Positions 50,078 through 61,670 of a DNA stretch of 64,000 bases are shown one piece after another. Position numbers and translations under genes: made by a program. Within the stretch, counting starts at the first letter, position 1; every line of letters begins with the position of its first letter. Origin of the DNA: an uncultured bacterium (lineage in GTDB: Bacteria > Actinomycetota > Acidimicrobiia > Spongiisociales > UBA5794); NCBI GenBank assembly GCA_963801165.1, contig CAWDDT010000004.1:192001-256000 (forward strand). Reading direction: 5' to 3'. The notes beneath the pieces were generated by a model. The model saw only the letters and a program-made list of their open reading frames with translations. It had not been told where the DNA came from and made no database searches.

Positions 50078-52233
50078 ATGAAGTGCTCGATCAGTCGCGC
50101 CAGTCGCGACTTGCGCGCCGAGACCTTGGCGTACACCAGAAGCGCAGGGGCGTCGACCATCTCGGCGATGCGGTCGGCCAGGTCGCTGACGCCAAACCGG
50201 CTGGCGACCGCACCGATGATCACGAGGTTGGCGCCGCGCGAGAGCCTGGCGATGGTGCCGAGTAGCTCCTCTGCAGGTTCGATCCTGCTCTCGGTCGGCG
50301 GCGTCATCATCTCGTGAAGCCGCTCGTGGTAGCCGGCCACCGATGCGATCTGGGCGTCGGTGGCATCCTCGTTGACTACGTGCACGAAGCGAATCGATGC
50401 CTGTTCCCGCTGGGCGATCCGGTCGGCGAGGCTGATCTTGAGGACGTCATACGGGCCGCCCGAGCCGAGGATGACGATGTTGTCGATCTCGTCGAGACCG
50501 CGGTTGCGGAAGAGGATCGTGTCGCACTCGGAGTTGTCGCGCAGCCAGCTCAGGTCACGGACAGAAGGCCGGTTGGCGCGCAGGTCGCTCGGCATCTCCG
50601 CCAGGAGCAGATCGACGTCGTGCTCGCCGATCCAGCGTTGGTGGTCCTCACGGATGGCGGAGGGGACGATGTTGTCGAGGACGACACCGGCTTTTCCGGC
50701 GATCGACCGCACCTCGGCGGCCCAGGCCTGTTCCTGGCGGGGATCTCCGGCACCGGCGCGGTCGAGTCTCCCGATCTCGATGGTGCCCCCGTCCTGGGTG
50801 AGGTCGGCGGCGATCTGCAGGATCTCACCGAGCCGGCGTCTCGTCATTCCCTGCCAGCTGAGCACGAGAACGTGTGCCGCACCGGGGCGCCGCAGAGCGT
50901 CCTCGGTGAGGGAGATGAGCCGGTCGGTGTCGCGAATTCGCAAAGCGTCGAGCGAGGCGCTCTCCCGGCTCGCCCGGGAGCTGCCGAACACGCGGTACCA
51001 CACCACGCCGACGGCCACGATGAGCAGGGCGCCAACGATCGGGATAATTCCCATCTGGGTGAGGAGGATCAGAGAGCCGGCGATCCCGAAGATCTGGATC
51101 CAGGGGTAGAGCGGGGAGCGGAAGCTCGGCCGGTACCAGTCGAGATGGCTCTCCCGGAACGCGATCACCGCGAGGTTCACCAGCGAGAACACGATCAGTT
51201 GGAAGGCGGATGCCAGCTTGGCCAGGTCGAGCAAGGGGACGAAGGAGATCAACGCCAGCAGGACAGCACCGGTGAGGACGATCGAGTAAGTGGGAGTGGA
51301 ACGGGGGCTGACCCGGGCGAGGACCGGCGGCGCCAGCGAATGGCGAGCCATGGCGAAGGGGTACCGCGACGCAGCGAGTACCCCGGCGTTGGCCATCGAG
51401 ATGAGGGCGATGATGGCAACAACGATCATGATGTCTTCGCCGAAGCTGCTCATGAAGTGCTCGGCGGCTGCGCTGATCGGCGTCACGGTCTTCGCCAGGG
51501 CGTCGGCGCCGACGGTGCCCACCATCACCCAGGTGACGACGGGGTACACGCCCATCATCAGCAAAACTGAGAGCAAGATGCCCGCCGGGACGTTTCGGCT
51601 CGGATTGCGGACCTCCTCGGCGATCGAGGCCACCTTGGTCACACCAATGAACGACACGAACACGAGTCCGGTCGCAGAGAGCAATCCCTTGTATCCCTCG
51701 GAGAGAAAGGGCTCGAATTGGGTGCTCGACACCGCTCCCGCCCCCCGGATCACGAACCACCCCAGGACACCGAGAACCACGGCGATGAGCATCGACTGGA
51801 ACCGAGCCGTTGTCTTGGCCCCGGTGATGTTGAGGACGATGACCCCGACAGCGAGAGCCGCCGCCACCGGCCGGGCCGGTAGATCGTCGAACAGCTGTAG
51901 ATAGTCACCGAGACCGACGAGGGCGAAAGCCGACTTGAACACCATCGAGAACCAGACGCCGAAACCGGCGATCGTTCCCAGCAGCGGCCCCATCGCCCGG
52001 TCGATGTATAGGTAGGTGCCGCCCGATTCGGGCATGGCCGTGGCCATCTCCGATTGTGAGAGCGCTGCGGGGAAAATGATCAGACCGGCGATGAAGTATG
52101 CGAGGACCACGGCCGGACCGGCGATCTTGGTGGCGAGACCGGGCAGTACGAAGATCCCGCTGCCGATCATCGCCCCAACGCTCACAGCAAAGACGCCGTA
52201 GAGGCCGAGCTTCGCTTCGAGTCGGTCGGTCAC
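50071..52233 (-). CDS. APC-family amino acid permease with C-terminal USP-like domains
   Basis: [41 protein letters not shown]; C-terminal GGPY..RFVHV..LVIIGA. Confidence 0.88.
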   Translation of the reverse strand: MTDRLEAKLGLYGVFAVSVGAMIGSGIFVLPGLATKIAGPAVVLAYFIAGLIIFPAALSQSEMATAMPESGGTYLYIDRAMGPLLGTIAGFGVWFSMVFKSAFALVGLGDYLQLFDDLPARPVAAALAVGVIVLNITGAKTTARFQSMLIAVVLGVLGWFVIRGAGAVSSTQFEPFLSEGYKGLLSATGLVFVSFIGVTKVASIAEEVRNPSRNVPAGILLSVLLMMGVYPVVTWVMVGTVGADALAKTVTPISAAAEHFMSSFGEDIMIVVAIIALISMANAGVLAASRYPFAMARHSLAPPVLARVSPRSTPTYSIVLTGAVLLALISFVPLLDLAKLASAFQLIVFSLVNLAVIAFRESHLDWYRPSFRSPLYPWIQIFGIAGSLILLTQMGIIPIVGALLIVAVGVVWYRVFGSSRASRESASLDALRIRDTDRLISLTEDALRRPGAAHVLVLSWQGMTRRRLGEILQIAADLTQDGGTIEIGRLDRAGAGDPRQEQAWAAEVRSIAGKAGVVLDNIVPSAIREDHQRWIGEHDVDLLLAEMPSDLRANRPSVRDLSWLRDNSECDTILFRNRGLDEIDNIVILGSGGPYDVLKISLADRIAQREQASIRFVHVVNEDATDAQIASVAGYHERLHEMMTPPTESRIEPAEELLGTIARLSRGANLVIIGAVASRFGVSDLADRIAEMVDAPALLVYAKVSARKSRLARLIEHFIY

Positions 52234-52280
52234 GTATCTCCCGGGTGTCTAGTCATCCGGTGGGTGGGACTGCTGCTCGT

Positions 52281-52308
52281 TCTTAGGGAAATCTGGATTC
52301 TGCCTTAG
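52281..52308 (+). promoter_or_regulatory. 11-bp-periodic hexamer boxes upstream of the small Cys/His gene
   Basis: TCTTAG-N5-TCTGGA-N5-CCTTAG. Confidence 0.35.
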
Positions 52309-52343
52309 CGCCGTCGAGAACTCCGTCGAGCATAGTGAAACAC

Positions 52344-52544
52344 ATGAGAAGTGAAACGATCAAGGGCCGGTCTATACGGCCCAGCGCCAGACGACCCAGG
52401 CAGTACGAATCGGACAGGGTGTGCGCAGAGAACGGATGTGACACCCTCATCTCCCGGTACAACGCCAGGGAGTATTGCCATACCCATGCACCGAAGCGCT
52501 TTCCCAGGGTCCGTGGTCGGTTCATCGAGTCGGCCGAAGCCTGA
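52344..52544 (+). CDS. Small basic Cys/His (putative zinc-finger) protein
   Basis: RVCAENGCDTLISRYNAREYCHTH (C-x4-C-x12-C-x2-H); Arg-rich flanks; followed by a hairpin. Confidence 0.7.
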   Translation: MRSETIKGRSIRPSARRPRQYESDRVCAENGCDTLISRYNAREYCHTHAPKRFPRVRGRFIESAEA

Positions 52545-52570
52545 ATCCCGCATTCCTTGAGACTCTCTTA

Positions 52571-52610
52571 ACCCGGGTGCGGGTTGCTCTCCTCCCGCCC
52601 ACACCCGGGT
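52571..52610 (+). terminator. Hairpin with pyrimidine-rich loop
   Basis: ACCCGGGTG...CACCCGGGT arms enclosing CTCTCCTCC. Confidence 0.5.
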
Positions 52611-52624
52611 GCCCGGTTCTGGCT

Positions 52625-52641
52625 TTTCATGAGCCTTTCAT
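52625..52641 (+). promoter_or_regulatory. Direct-repeat box, probable autoregulatory site of the response regulator
   Basis: TTTCAT-N5-TTTCAT about 45 bp upstream of the GTG. Confidence 0.5.
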
Positions 52642-52684
52642 GTGCACCTGCTAAACCTGATGATTGCAGTCAAGGAGCGAGCAG

Positions 52685-53374
52685 GTGCCAGAGAAACCGA
52701 GCAGCCGCGTGCTCGTCGTCGAGGACGACGGTGCAGTGCGACGGGCGGTAGAGAGAGCTCTCACCTTTGAGGGCTATGACGTGGTCACCGCCCGCGACGG
52801 ATCGGAAGCGCTCGCCATCGTCCTCAATAGCGACATGGACGCCATAGTCCTCGACGTGATGATGCCGATCATCGACGGTCTCGAGGCCTGCAGACGGATC
52901 CGTGCCCGCGGCGACACGACGCCGATTCTGATCCTCACCGCCCGCACCGACATCAGCGACCGGGTGGCCGGTCTCGATGCCGGCGCCGATGACTACCTGG
53001 TCAAGCCGTTCGCCCTCGAGGAGTTGCTCGCCCGGTTGCGCGCCCTACTGCGGCGCTCCACGCGCGCCGTCGCCGAGGTGATGAAGGTGGGCGATCTGAT
53101 CATGGACACCGGGTCGCGCGAGGTGCGCAGAGGCGACAAGGTTCTCGACCTGACCAAGACCGAGTTCGACCTGCTGGAGTTGCTCATGAGCAACCCCGGC
53201 ATCGTCATCGACCGCGACACCATCTACGACCGGATCTGGGGCTACGACTTTGCCACGTCGTCGAATTCGCTCGATGTCTACATCGGCTACCTGCGTCGCA
53301 AGACCGAGATTGATGAAGCTCCTCGCCTCATCCAAACCGTCCGGGGCGTCGGCTATGTGATTCGCGGGCGCTGA
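52685..53374 (+). CDS. OmpR-family response regulator (MprA-like)
   Basis: [46 protein letters not shown]; AAGGAG SD. Confidence 0.95.
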   Translation: MPEKPSSRVLVVEDDGAVRRAVERALTFEGYDVVTARDGSEALAIVLNSDMDAIVLDVMMPIIDGLEACRRIRARGDTTPILILTARTDISDRVAGLDAGADDYLVKPFALEELLARLRALLRRSTRAVAEVMKVGDLIMDTGSREVRRGDKVLDLTKTEFDLLELLMSNPGIVIDRDTIYDRIWGYDFATSSNSLDVYIGYLRRKTEIDEAPRLIQTVRGVGYVIRGR

Positions 53375-54762
53375 TGAGCTTTCGGGTCAGGATCGCGCTG
53401 ATCTCGGCGACGGCCGTTGCCATCGCCATCGCCCTCGCCGCCCTGGTCACCTACAACACCACCAGAAACGAGTTGCTGACCAAGGTCGACCAGAGCTTGC
53501 AGGAGCGGGCGCTTTTCTTCGCAGAGGCTCAGGACATCCCGAGCCTCTCCCAGGCTTTGCTCAACGCCGCCAGCGAGCAAGGCCCGTTCGGCCGTGGAGA
53601 GCGGGGTTTTGACGCGATCTTCTTTCAGCTCTGGCCGACGGACTCTTCTCGTGGCTACACCAACTATCCGGGAGACGGAGGCCTGCCGATCGGAGCCGCC
53701 GAGAAGGCCGTGTACGACGGCACGACTGCATCGGCGTTTCGAACTGTCCCCGTTGCGGACGACAATCTGCGAATGCTCACGGCGGCTATTCCGACCGGTG
53801 TCGTCCAGGTGGCTCGTTCGCTGGCCGAGGTGGACAGCAGCCTCGCCGGGCTAGCTTCCGTGTTGAGGATGGCGGCGGTCGTCGGGGTATTGATTGCGGC
53901 CGCGATCGGCTACCTAGTCGCACGCGGCGCGGCGCGTCCGATCCGCCAGCTCGCAGAAGCCGCCGAGCACGTCGCCGAGACCCAGGAGCTGGCAGCGCGC
54001 ATCGACGTGCACCGGACCGACGAGGTGGGCAGGCTCGCCGAGAGCTTCAACTCGATGCTGGCGGCGTTGGAGAGCTCACGCGAGCAACAGCGGCGGCTGG
54101 TCCACGACGCCGGTCATGAGCTGCGCACGCCGTTGACCGCGATACGCACCAACATCGAGCTCCTGAGCCGGGTGGACAACATCCCGGACGAGGAGCGCAA
54201 GCAGATGATCGCCGACATCGACACGGAGATCCAGGAGCTGAGCGGTCTGGTCACCGAGTTGGTAGACCTCGCCGCCGAGCCACCCTCGAGTACCGAGGTA
54301 ACCGAGGAGGTCAACCTGGCCGACGTTGTCGACCGGGTGGCCGACAAGTTCCGGAGACGCAGCGGGAACACCATCAACGTCGTTGCCGACGAGTCTGTCG
54401 TTCTGGGGAGGACGGCGACACTCGAGCGTGCCGTTAGCAACCTCATCGACAATGCCGTCAAGTGGAGTCCAGCGGATGCTCCGATCGACGTCACGGTCGA
54501 GACCGGACGAGTCTCGGTGGCAGATCGCGGGCCGGGCATCGACGAAGCGGACCGCCCCTTCATCTTCAACCGGTTCTATCGGGCGACCGCGGCCCGCTCC
54601 ACACCTGGCTCCGGCCTCGGGCTGAGCATCGTCGCCAAGGTCGCCGAAGATCATGGCGGCCAGACGTTCGTCGCCGACGCGGGCCCGGGCGCGGTGGTCG
54701 GCTTCGAGATCCCGGTCCTGGACGACGAGGCGTCGTCGCCGGGGACTCTGGAGACCATCTGA
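53374..54762 (+). CDS. HAMP-domain sensor histidine kinase (MprB-like)
   Basis: 2 TM, HAMP, DAGHELRTPL, NLIDNAVKW, DRGPGI, GSGLGL. Confidence 0.95.
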   Translation: MSFRVRIALISATAVAIAIALAALVTYNTTRNELLTKVDQSLQERALFFAEAQDIPSLSQALLNAASEQGPFGRGERGFDAIFFQLWPTDSSRGYTNYPGDGGLPIGAAEKAVYDGTTASAFRTVPVADDNLRMLTAAIPTGVVQVARSLAEVDSSLAGLASVLRMAAVVGVLIAAAIGYLVARGAARPIRQLAEAAEHVAETQELAARIDVHRTDEVGRLAESFNSMLAALESSREQQRRLVHDAGHELRTPLTAIRTNIELLSRVDNIPDEERKQMIADIDTEIQELSGLVTELVDLAAEPPSSTEVTEEVNLADVVDRVADKFRRRSGNTINVVADESVVLGRTATLERAVSNLIDNAVKWSPADAPIDVTVETGRVSVADRGPGIDEADRPFIFNRFYRATAARSTPGSGLGLSIVAKVAEDHGGQTFVADAGPGAVVGFEIPVLDDEASSPGTLETI

Positions 54763-54774
54763 GTTGAGTACCGT

Positions 54775-56742
54775 GTGCGGGTGGAAGCACTCGCCGCAGA
54801 CTCCGTCGCAGCCCTGATCGACGTCCTCTCCTCCAAACCGGATGCGGTGGAGAGGCCGGGCCAGATCCAGATGGTCGAGGCCGTCGCCCGAGCCATCGAA
54901 TCACGGTCGCACCTGGTTGTGGAAGCGGGTACCGGAACCGGGAAGTCGCTTGGCTATCTGATACCGGCGGTTCTGTCGGGCCAGCGGGTCACGGTCGCCA
55001 CGGCGACCAAGTCACTGCAGAATCAGCTCGCCGACGCCGACCTCCCTTTTCTCGCCGAGCATTTGGGCGTTCCGGTCACGTGGTCGGTGGTCAAGGGGCG
55101 CCAGTCGTATGCGTGCCGGGCGAAGCTGATCGAGCAGCTCGGTCCCCGGCTCGACGGATCCGGCGAGAGGCTCTTCGAGGACGGCGACGGCGGCGTTGCT
55201 CCCATCGGCGCCTGGGTGAACGCGGGTGGCAGCGGCGACCGGGACGATCTTCCGGATGCGGTGAGCGATAGCGTGTGGCGGCTTGCCTCCGTGTCCGGGA
55301 TGGAGTGTCCAGGGCGAGGCCAATGTCCGCATTCCGCGGGCTGCTTCGCCGAGGCTGCGCTCGATGCCGCGGCGACGGCTCAGATCACGATCACCAACCA
55401 CCATCTGTACGCGCTTCACATGGCTGCCGGTCGCAAGATCCTCCCCGACCACGATGTTGTCATCTTCGACGAGGCGCACAAGCTCGAAGCCGCGTCCTCG
55501 TCTGCGTTCGGCATAGACGTCGCCGGTGGCCGGTTGACGGCGTTTGCCAACAATGCGCAGCGGCTGATTGCACCCGGTCGGCGTGACGAGCTGATCGGTG
55601 CGGTGCGGGCTTACGCCGCACGCCTTCAGTCCCTCGTCGCCGATCTCGAGCATGCCAGACTCGAACCGGGAGAAGGCGAGCTAGGGCAGATCATTCTCGG
55701 CGCCATCCGCTCGGTTGCCGGTGTCGTCAAGGCGCTTCCCAAGGTCGAGGAGAACGATTCCCGCGCCGGTGGGATCGCCCGCGTCCGCGCACAGGGCGGC
55801 CACGTCCAGGGCGACTTCGGGCTGGCCCTCGACATGCCCGGCGGTTTCGTTGCCTGGGCGGAGCCGGAGCACGGTGTCGTCCGGGTAGCTCCCGTCTCGG
55901 TCGACCTCGCCATCGCCGCCAACCTGCTCGTCCACCAGCCGGCGATCTTCACCAGTGCGACGCTGACCTCTGGAGGGTCGTTTGCGCCCATCGCTCGCAG
56001 GCTCGGCCTGACCACAACGGAGATCAGCGACGACCCGGCGGGGCGCGACCTGGTGGACCCGCTGCCGCGCACCTACGAGTCGATTCGGGTAGACGGCAGC
56101 TTCGAATACGGAAAACAGGGGCTCCTATATGCAGTCGCGGATCTTCCCGATCCACGCGATGCCGCGTGGGCGCAAGCCGCCGCCGCTGAGACACGGCTCC
56201 TCGTGGCCGCGGCCGGGGGCCGCGCCCTCGTCCTCTCAACGAGCTACCGGATGATGGAACGGCTCGCTGCCGCTCTCGCCGATTCGCCCTTCGAGGTGCT
56301 CGTGCAGGGCGAGATGCCAAAACGACGCCTCATAGCTCGTTTTGCGGAGGTGGAGACGGCAACGTTGGTGGCGACGATGGGCTACTGGGAGGGGATCGAC
56401 GTCCCGGGCCCTTCGCTGTCCCTGGTTGTCATCGACCGTATACCCTTCCCCCGACCGGACGACCCACTTATGCAGGCGCGGCGTGAGGAAGTGACCGCCC
56501 ACGGTGGGAGCCCGTTCGACGAGGTCGACTTGCCTCATGCCACGATGCTGCTGGCACAGGGTGCGGGCAGGCTCATCCGTAGCGAGAACGACAGTGGTGT
56601 GGTCGCCGTGCTCGATCGGCGGCTGCTGGCGATGAGGTACGGTCAGCGGATTCTGCGCTCGTTGCCCAGGCTGTTGCGCACGTCCGACCGGGATCGGGTT
56701 GCCAGGTTCCTCGGCGACGTCTCTAGCAGGCGAAGTGCATGA
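54775..56742 (+). CDS. DinG/YoaA-family ATP-dependent DNA helicase
   Basis: RPGQ, EAGTGTGKS, KGR..Y.C, Fe-S Cys, DEAH, SATL, WEGIDVPG, QGAGRLIR. Confidence 0.93.
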   Translation: MRVEALAADSVAALIDVLSSKPDAVERPGQIQMVEAVARAIESRSHLVVEAGTGTGKSLGYLIPAVLSGQRVTVATATKSLQNQLADADLPFLAEHLGVPVTWSVVKGRQSYACRAKLIEQLGPRLDGSGERLFEDGDGGVAPIGAWVNAGGSGDRDDLPDAVSDSVWRLASVSGMECPGRGQCPHSAGCFAEAALDAAATAQITITNHHLYALHMAAGRKILPDHDVVIFDEAHKLEAASSSAFGIDVAGGRLTAFANNAQRLIAPGRRDELIGAVRAYAARLQSLVADLEHARLEPGEGELGQIILGAIRSVAGVVKALPKVEENDSRAGGIARVRAQGGHVQGDFGLALDMPGGFVAWAEPEHGVVRVAPVSVDLAIAANLLVHQPAIFTSATLTSGGSFAPIARRLGLTTTEISDDPAGRDLVDPLPRTYESIRVDGSFEYGKQGLLYAVADLPDPRDAAWAQAAAAETRLLVAAAGGRALVLSTSYRMMERLAAALADSPFEVLVQGEMPKRRLIARFAEVETATLVATMGYWEGIDVPGPSLSLVVIDRIPFPRPDDPLMQARREEVTAHGGSPFDEVDLPHATMLLAQGAGRLIRSENDSGVVAVLDRRLLAMRYGQRILRSLPRLLRTSDRDRVARFLGDVSSRRSA

Positions 56743-57959
56743 CGGAGAACCGGGCCGCACGGGAATTGCTCGTTGCCTGCTATCGCGCCGGGGTCGCCGC
56801 AGTCGATCCGGAGATTGCGGTTGCTGCAAACCTGGTGCCCACCGCAGGTCGGGTGGTTGTGTTTGCGCTCGGCAAGGCCGCCGCGGCCATGGCGCGTGGT
56901 GCCGCCAGAGGTATGGGCAGAGATCGCTTGGAGGGGATTGTCGTAGCCGACCATATCGATACCGTTCCCCCCGGCCTCGAGCTGATGCTCGGCAGCCATC
57001 CGGTGCCGAGCGTGGCGAGCCTCCGGGCGGGCCAGGCATTGCTGGAGCTGGCTGTGACGCTTGGCGCGGGCGACACCGCCGTCGTACTCGTTTCGGGTGG
57101 TGGCTCGGCGCTGGCCGAGGTGCCCGCGGCAGGGATCTCGATCGGCGACATCACCAGGACCAACGAGGTTCTGCTGCGCTCGGGAGCCGACATCGCCGCT
57201 TCCAACACAGTGCGCAGGAGGCTGTCCCGGATCAAAGGTGGCGGGCTTGCTGCGGCGCTAGCCCCGGCGCGCATCATCACCCTGGTCGTGTCCGATGTGG
57301 TGGGTGACGACCCGGCAGTCATCGCCTCAGGGCCGACGGTCGCCACCGGCGACTCCGCCTCGTCTGCGGGAGACGTCGTTGCGAGCTTGGGCATAGGCGA
57401 GCAGCTCCCACCCGCCGTGCTCGCCGCTGTTGCGGAGCCGCCGCGGCCACTGCCGGTACCGGAGCAGACCCTCCGGATCGTCGCCCGGGGCGCCGTCGCC
57501 GCCCATGCCGCCGTCGCCGAGGCGGAGCAGCGGGGCTACCCGGCGCGGGTGCTCGACACCAGGATGACCGGTGACGCCGGCGCCATGGCGGGTGAAGCGC
57601 TATCCCGCACCGGGTTCGGGGTCTCGGTCTTTGCCGGGGAGACCACTGTGACCGTAACCGGTGATGGGGTGGGAGGTCGCAACCACGAGGCGGCGCTGGT
57701 GGCGGCGACGCTGATCGACGGCCGGCCGGATGTCTGGTTCCTCGCCGCAGGAACCGACGGGATCGACGGGATCACACGGGCGGCGGGTGCCGTCGTCGAC
57801 GGGGGAACGGTTGCCCGCGGACGGGCCGCCGGTCTCGACGCCGGGCTGGCATTGGCGCACAACGACTCCGGTGGCTTCTTCGCCGGTCTCGGCGAGCAGC
57901 TCGTCACCGGGCCCACCGGCACCAACGTGGGTGACCTGTGGATGGTGCTGCGGGTTTGA
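56739..57959 (+). CDS. Glycerate 2-kinase (TtuD/MOFRL family)
   Basis: GKAA, HPVP, SGGGSAL, KGG, SDVVGD..IASGP, GETTV, GGRN.E, TDGIDG, TGPTGTNV.D. Confidence 0.92.
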   Translation: MTENRAARELLVACYRAGVAAVDPEIAVAANLVPTAGRVVVFALGKAAAAMARGAARGMGRDRLEGIVVADHIDTVPPGLELMLGSHPVPSVASLRAGQALLELAVTLGAGDTAVVLVSGGGSALAEVPAAGISIGDITRTNEVLLRSGADIAASNTVRRRLSRIKGGGLAAALAPARIITLVVSDVVGDDPAVIASGPTVATGDSASSAGDVVASLGIGEQLPPAVLAAVAEPPRPLPVPEQTLRIVARGAVAAHAAVAEAEQRGYPARVLDTRMTGDAGAMAGEALSRTGFGVSVFAGETTVTVTGDGVGGRNHEAALVAATLIDGRPDVWFLAAGTDGIDGITRAAGAVVDGGTVARGRAAGLDAGLALAHNDSGGFFAGLGEQLVTGPTGTNVGDLWMVLRV

Positions 57960-57975
57960 TGCGTACTATCCGGGC

Positions 57976-58596
57976 ATGGACTTGAACGACCGCGAACTCA
58001 GGGTGCTGGGCTGTCTCATCGAGAAGGAGATGACTACACCCGACTACTACCCGATGTCTCTGAACGCTCTCGTCATGGCGTGCAACCAGAAGTCGAACCG
58101 GGATCCCGTCCTCGATCTAGGCGAGACCGACGTCCTGGAATCGGTCGATGGGCTTCGTGACCTGGGCCTGGCCCGCACGGTCCACGGCAAGGGAGATCGG
58201 GTGCTGAAGTACCGGCACGTCGTCACGGAGACGCTCGACATCTCCGCACGTCAGGCGGCGCTGCTGGCGGTGCTCATCTTGCGTGGCGATCAGACGCTCG
58301 GTGAGCTACGCGGTCGGACCGGGCGCTATGTGGAGTTTGCGGACCTCGATGAGGTCGCCACCGAGCTGGCAGCTCTCGGGGACGCCGAGACACCTCTGGC
58401 CGTTCGGCTGGAACGTCGCCCCGGGGAGAAGGAGGCCCGCTACCGGCAGCTGCTCGGCTCCGTGGCCGAGAGCCCGGCCGTATCGTCGGCTCACGCGGCC
58501 GGCGAAGAGCCCGACCGGATTGCATCCCTGGAGGCCGAGTTGGCCGGGTTGCGAGATCGGGTGGAGCGGATGGAGAGGGAGCTCGGTCTCAGCTGA
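57976..58596 (+). CDS. DUF480/YceH-family protein
   Basis: [43 protein letters not shown]. Confidence 0.92.
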   Translation: MDLNDRELRVLGCLIEKEMTTPDYYPMSLNALVMACNQKSNRDPVLDLGETDVLESVDGLRDLGLARTVHGKGDRVLKYRHVVTETLDISARQAALLAVLILRGDQTLGELRGRTGRYVEFADLDEVATELAALGDAETPLAVRLERRPGEKEARYRQLLGSVAESPAVSSAHAAGEEPDRIASLEAELAGLRDRVERMERELGLS

Positions 58597-59116
58597 CGTG
58601 TACGTCGTGTCCGAGTGACTGGAGGTAGGCGACGTCGGTGTCGAACGCAAGCGGCGGCAGCCGGTCGAGCTCGAAGAAGCCCGCCGCCGCTGCGTCATCA
58701 CCCGCCGCGAGCGCTCCGCCCGTCACCACACCCTCGAACCAGACACCGACGGTCAGCTTCGCCGGGTCATGGAAGTTGGAGGCGACCCAGACAACGTCGC
58801 CGATGTCGGCCACGAGACCGGTCTCCTCGAGGAGCTCGCGTGCTGCCGCGGCACGGATCTCCTCGCCGTAGTCGACATAGCCTGCCGGGATCGCCCAGAA
58901 TCCCGGTCGGGTGACCCCGGGGCCCCTCTTGACGAGCAGCAGGCGGTCGTCCGCGTCACGGATCACCACTGCGGCACCGACACCCGGATTGCGAAAGTGG
59001 ACGAAGTCACAGGCCGGGCACGCCTTTCTGACCTTGCCGAAGACATCGCGGTCTTCGAGCGCGGTGGCACAGTGGGGGCAGAAGCTGAACTCGCCCGGCC
59101 ATCCATGGGGGTCCAT
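58589..59116 (-). CDS. NUDIX hydrolase with N-terminal zinc ribbon
   Basis: FCPHC..CPAC; Nudix box [18 protein letters not shown]; LAFD. Confidence 0.92.
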   Translation of the reverse strand: MDPHGWPGEFSFCPHCATALEDRDVFGKVRKACPACDFVHFRNPGVGAAVVIRDADDRLLLVKRGPGVTRPGFWAIPAGYVDYGEEIRAAAARELLEETGLVADIGDVVWVASNFHDPAKLTVGVWFEGVVTGGALAAGDDAAAAGFFELDRLPPLAFDTDVAYLQSLGHDVHVS

Positions 59117-59147
59117 GCGGGTCAGTCTCGCAGGTTTGCGGCGAAGC

Positions 59148-61217
59148 TCAAACGCGTTCGAGCTCGACTGTGGTGGGTACCGAAGTGGCCCCGGGCTTGC
59201 GATACGCCGGGAGAGCAAAGTCGAAAGCGGTCCAGCCGCCGCGTCTGCGATAGGAGAGATCACCGTCCATCAGCCTGGCGAGCATTCTCGAGATCGCGAG
59301 CCCGAGCCCGAGAGAGCCGGGCTGGGTTCCCGGGTTGTGGGCGCTCTCATAGGGCGCAAAGATACGCTCCTGATCATCAGCGGGGATGCCGTCGCCGTTG
59401 TCGCTGACGGTGAGGTGAGTCGTATGCCCCTCCACCGATATGGCGATCTCGATTTCCGTGCCGCCGTAGCGCTGGGCATTTGTGACGAGGTTGCGAAGTA
59501 TCTGGCGGACACGGCCCTCGTCGGCGAACACGGTCGTCTTCTCACCCGTGACAGTGATGTGGTGGCCTGCATCGACAGTGGTGTCTACGACGCGGGACAC
59601 GAGCGGGTCGAGCGCTACGGGCGCGGGGACGATCGTCAGCGATCCCATGCGGGCCCTGGCGGCCGTGAGGAGATCCTCTACGAGGTCGGCGAGATCGCCT
59701 GCCTCCGCGGCGATCGACCGCAACATGGCGTCCTCGTCCTCGCTGCTGAACTCTCCACGGTGGTCTCGCAGCATCTCCGCGAAGCCGAGCACGCCCGTCA
59801 GCGGTGTTCTCAGCTCGTGGCTGACGGCGGCGATCAGCTGGTCCTTGGACCGGATCAGGTCCTGCTTCGAGGCGATCTCAGTGTGCAGCTGCTCGATGAC
59901 TCGCGCTCGTTCCAGGGTGAGGCTGGCGTGGTTGGCGATCGTGTCGAGCAGTTCGAGCTCGGTCGGTGAGAACCGTTTTGCCACGCCGGTACGCCCGGTG
60001 ACCATGAGCACTCCAATGCTGCCCGCCCCATGTTTGACGGGGGCGATCATCCCACAGGAGGCGGTGTGGGCACCGAGCGCGATCCGCAGCCTGCTGGCGT
60101 GGTTCTCAGGGCCGAAACGTCGCTCGGGCTTTGGCCCGATGGCGATCCGGTGGAGCTCGTCGACATCGTCAACGGGAATCTGACGTTGTGCCGGGTCCTG
60201 GCCCGCAGAGAACCCGAGGTAGCTGGCGTGCGACTCGGCCGGGTCCGACAGGATGATCTCGCCGTGTTCTGCCCTGAGAATGGAAACCGCCTCTCGCAGA
60301 GTGACTACGGCGATGTCTCTTGCGCCGAGTGTGCCGTCTACCTGGTTGGTGAATGAGTAGAGCGACCGGAGATCGTCGTGTCGCAGGCTGAGCTGGCCAA
60401 ACGACCGGAACAGCATGAAGAAGAACGCCATCATCACCCCGAGCAGCACCAGGGCCCGGGGCTGGAAGTGGATGATCACGACCGTGATTGTTCCGAGGAA
60501 GCCGACGGCGACGCTGATCAACGAGCCCACCGCAAACGACCGGACGATATCGCGCAGTCTGCGGCGACGGTCGTTGAGAGCGATGACGACGTCGACCATT
60601 GCGGCAGACACCGTTACGGCCACGCCGATCGCGATCATGGCGGCGAGCCAGCCAGCGGGTTCCCACGGTTGTGACGCACCGAGGATGTACCGGTATACGA
60701 CCAACGCCACTGTGGTCTCGAGCGTGAACAGCGACAGATTGAAAGTCAGCTTGAGGAGGGGTTGGCGGCGCAACGTCAACACGGCGACCCCGGCGATGAT
60801 CCTGGCGAAGACGACGACAGGCGGCGGGGCGAGCGCCAGCCCGATTACGAGCGGAATCTCGCTCATCGAGATCGTGTGCGAGTCGCGCTGCACCGGGAGG
60901 TGGACGAACAGGCTCTCCGCGACGGCAAAGCCTATCGCCAGCACCCACCAGGCCGTGTAGCCCGTCACGCCGTCCGGGGTGTCGAACCGCAGCAGGATGT
61001 TGAACCCGAGCATGGTGGCCACCAGCATGACTGCGGTCATGATCGGAACGGCCCAGACAACGTGATGGGGACGAGTTGCGTCGGCGACCTCCTTCATGAC
61101 GGGCGACGGCTCGGGGTGGGCACCGTCGGTGGCCGGAGGGCCGAAGAACGATGCCACCGCCGAGTTGTTGTCTAGTACCGGGGTCTCGGGCGTGCCGGGA
61201 CCCGGCGAGGAGCTCAC
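59148..61217 (-). CDS. Multi-TM (MASE-like) + GAF sensor histidine kinase
   Basis: About 7 TM with [16 protein letters not shown] motif; GAF ([10 protein letters not shown]); [28 protein letters not shown]; GGAGG before GTG 61217. Confidence 0.88.
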   Translation of the reverse strand: MSSSPGPGTPETPVLDNNSAVASFFGPPATDGAHPEPSPVMKEVADATRPHHVVWAVPIMTAVMLVATMLGFNILLRFDTPDGVTGYTAWWVLAIGFAVAESLFVHLPVQRDSHTISMSEIPLVIGLALAPPPVVVFARIIAGVAVLTLRRQPLLKLTFNLSLFTLETTVALVVYRYILGASQPWEPAGWLAAMIAIGVAVTVSAAMVDVVIALNDRRRRLRDIVRSFAVGSLISVAVGFLGTITVVIIHFQPRALVLLGVMMAFFFMLFRSFGQLSLRHDDLRSLYSFTNQVDGTLGARDIAVVTLREAVSILRAEHGEIILSDPAESHASYLGFSAGQDPAQRQIPVDDVDELHRIAIGPKPERRFGPENHASRLRIALGAHTASCGMIAPVKHGAGSIGVLMVTGRTGVAKRFSPTELELLDTIANHASLTLERARVIEQLHTEIASKQDLIRSKDQLIAAVSHELRTPLTGVLGFAEMLRDHRGEFSSEDEDAMLRSIAAEAGDLADLVEDLLTAARARMGSLTIVPAPVALDPLVSRVVDTTVDAGHHITVTGEKTTVFADEGRVRQILRNLVTNAQRYGGTEIEIAISVEGHTTHLTVSDNGDGIPADDQERIFAPYESAHNPGTQPGSLGLGLAISRMLARLMDGDLSYRRRGGWTAFDFALPAYRKPGATSVPTTVELERV

Positions 61218-61403
61218 CGTGGAACCTCCGTCAGGAGCAGGACTGTCACCCCTTCTTCGGCATTCGTATCTGATGAACTTGACATCATTTCGGAGGTTGG
61301 CGCGGGTACTAGTCCCGGCGGCATCGTCACATATGACCCTCAAGGATTGCAGCCGCGATTGCCGATTCGGAAGGGACACTCTCGATCACTGGAGGTTGCA
61401 CGG

Positions 61404-61664
61404 ATGCTGACCACGAGCGTTTTGCCCTGGCTCCGCGACCGGCGTCTCGTCGCTCTGCTTGCCGCTGTCGCACTTGTTGCGTCCCTGGCCCTCGCCATCA
61501 TCGGCAACAGCTGGACGACGAACGCCGCGCCCGCCGACCCCACGACACCGACCGTGGAGGAGGAGGTCGTAGCCGGTCCTTCATGGACTATGTCGGCGAG
61601 AGTGGCCGGACAGGCTTTGACCCCGGTATCCACAACGTCCGTGCTGGTGGGTTCCTGGAGCTGA
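61404..61664 (+). CDS. Small secreted precursor peptide (86 aa) with three G-(x)-S-W-[T/S] repeats
   Basis: GGAGG SD; signal peptide RDRR-LVALLAAVALVASLALA; IIGNSWT, VAGPSWT, LVGSWS-stop; downstream hairpin. Confidence 0.7.
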   Translation: MLTTSVLPWLRDRRLVALLAAVALVASLALAIIGNSWTTNAAPADPTTPTVEEEVVAGPSWTMSARVAGQALTPVSTTSVLVGSWS

Positions 61665-61670
61665 AACAAC

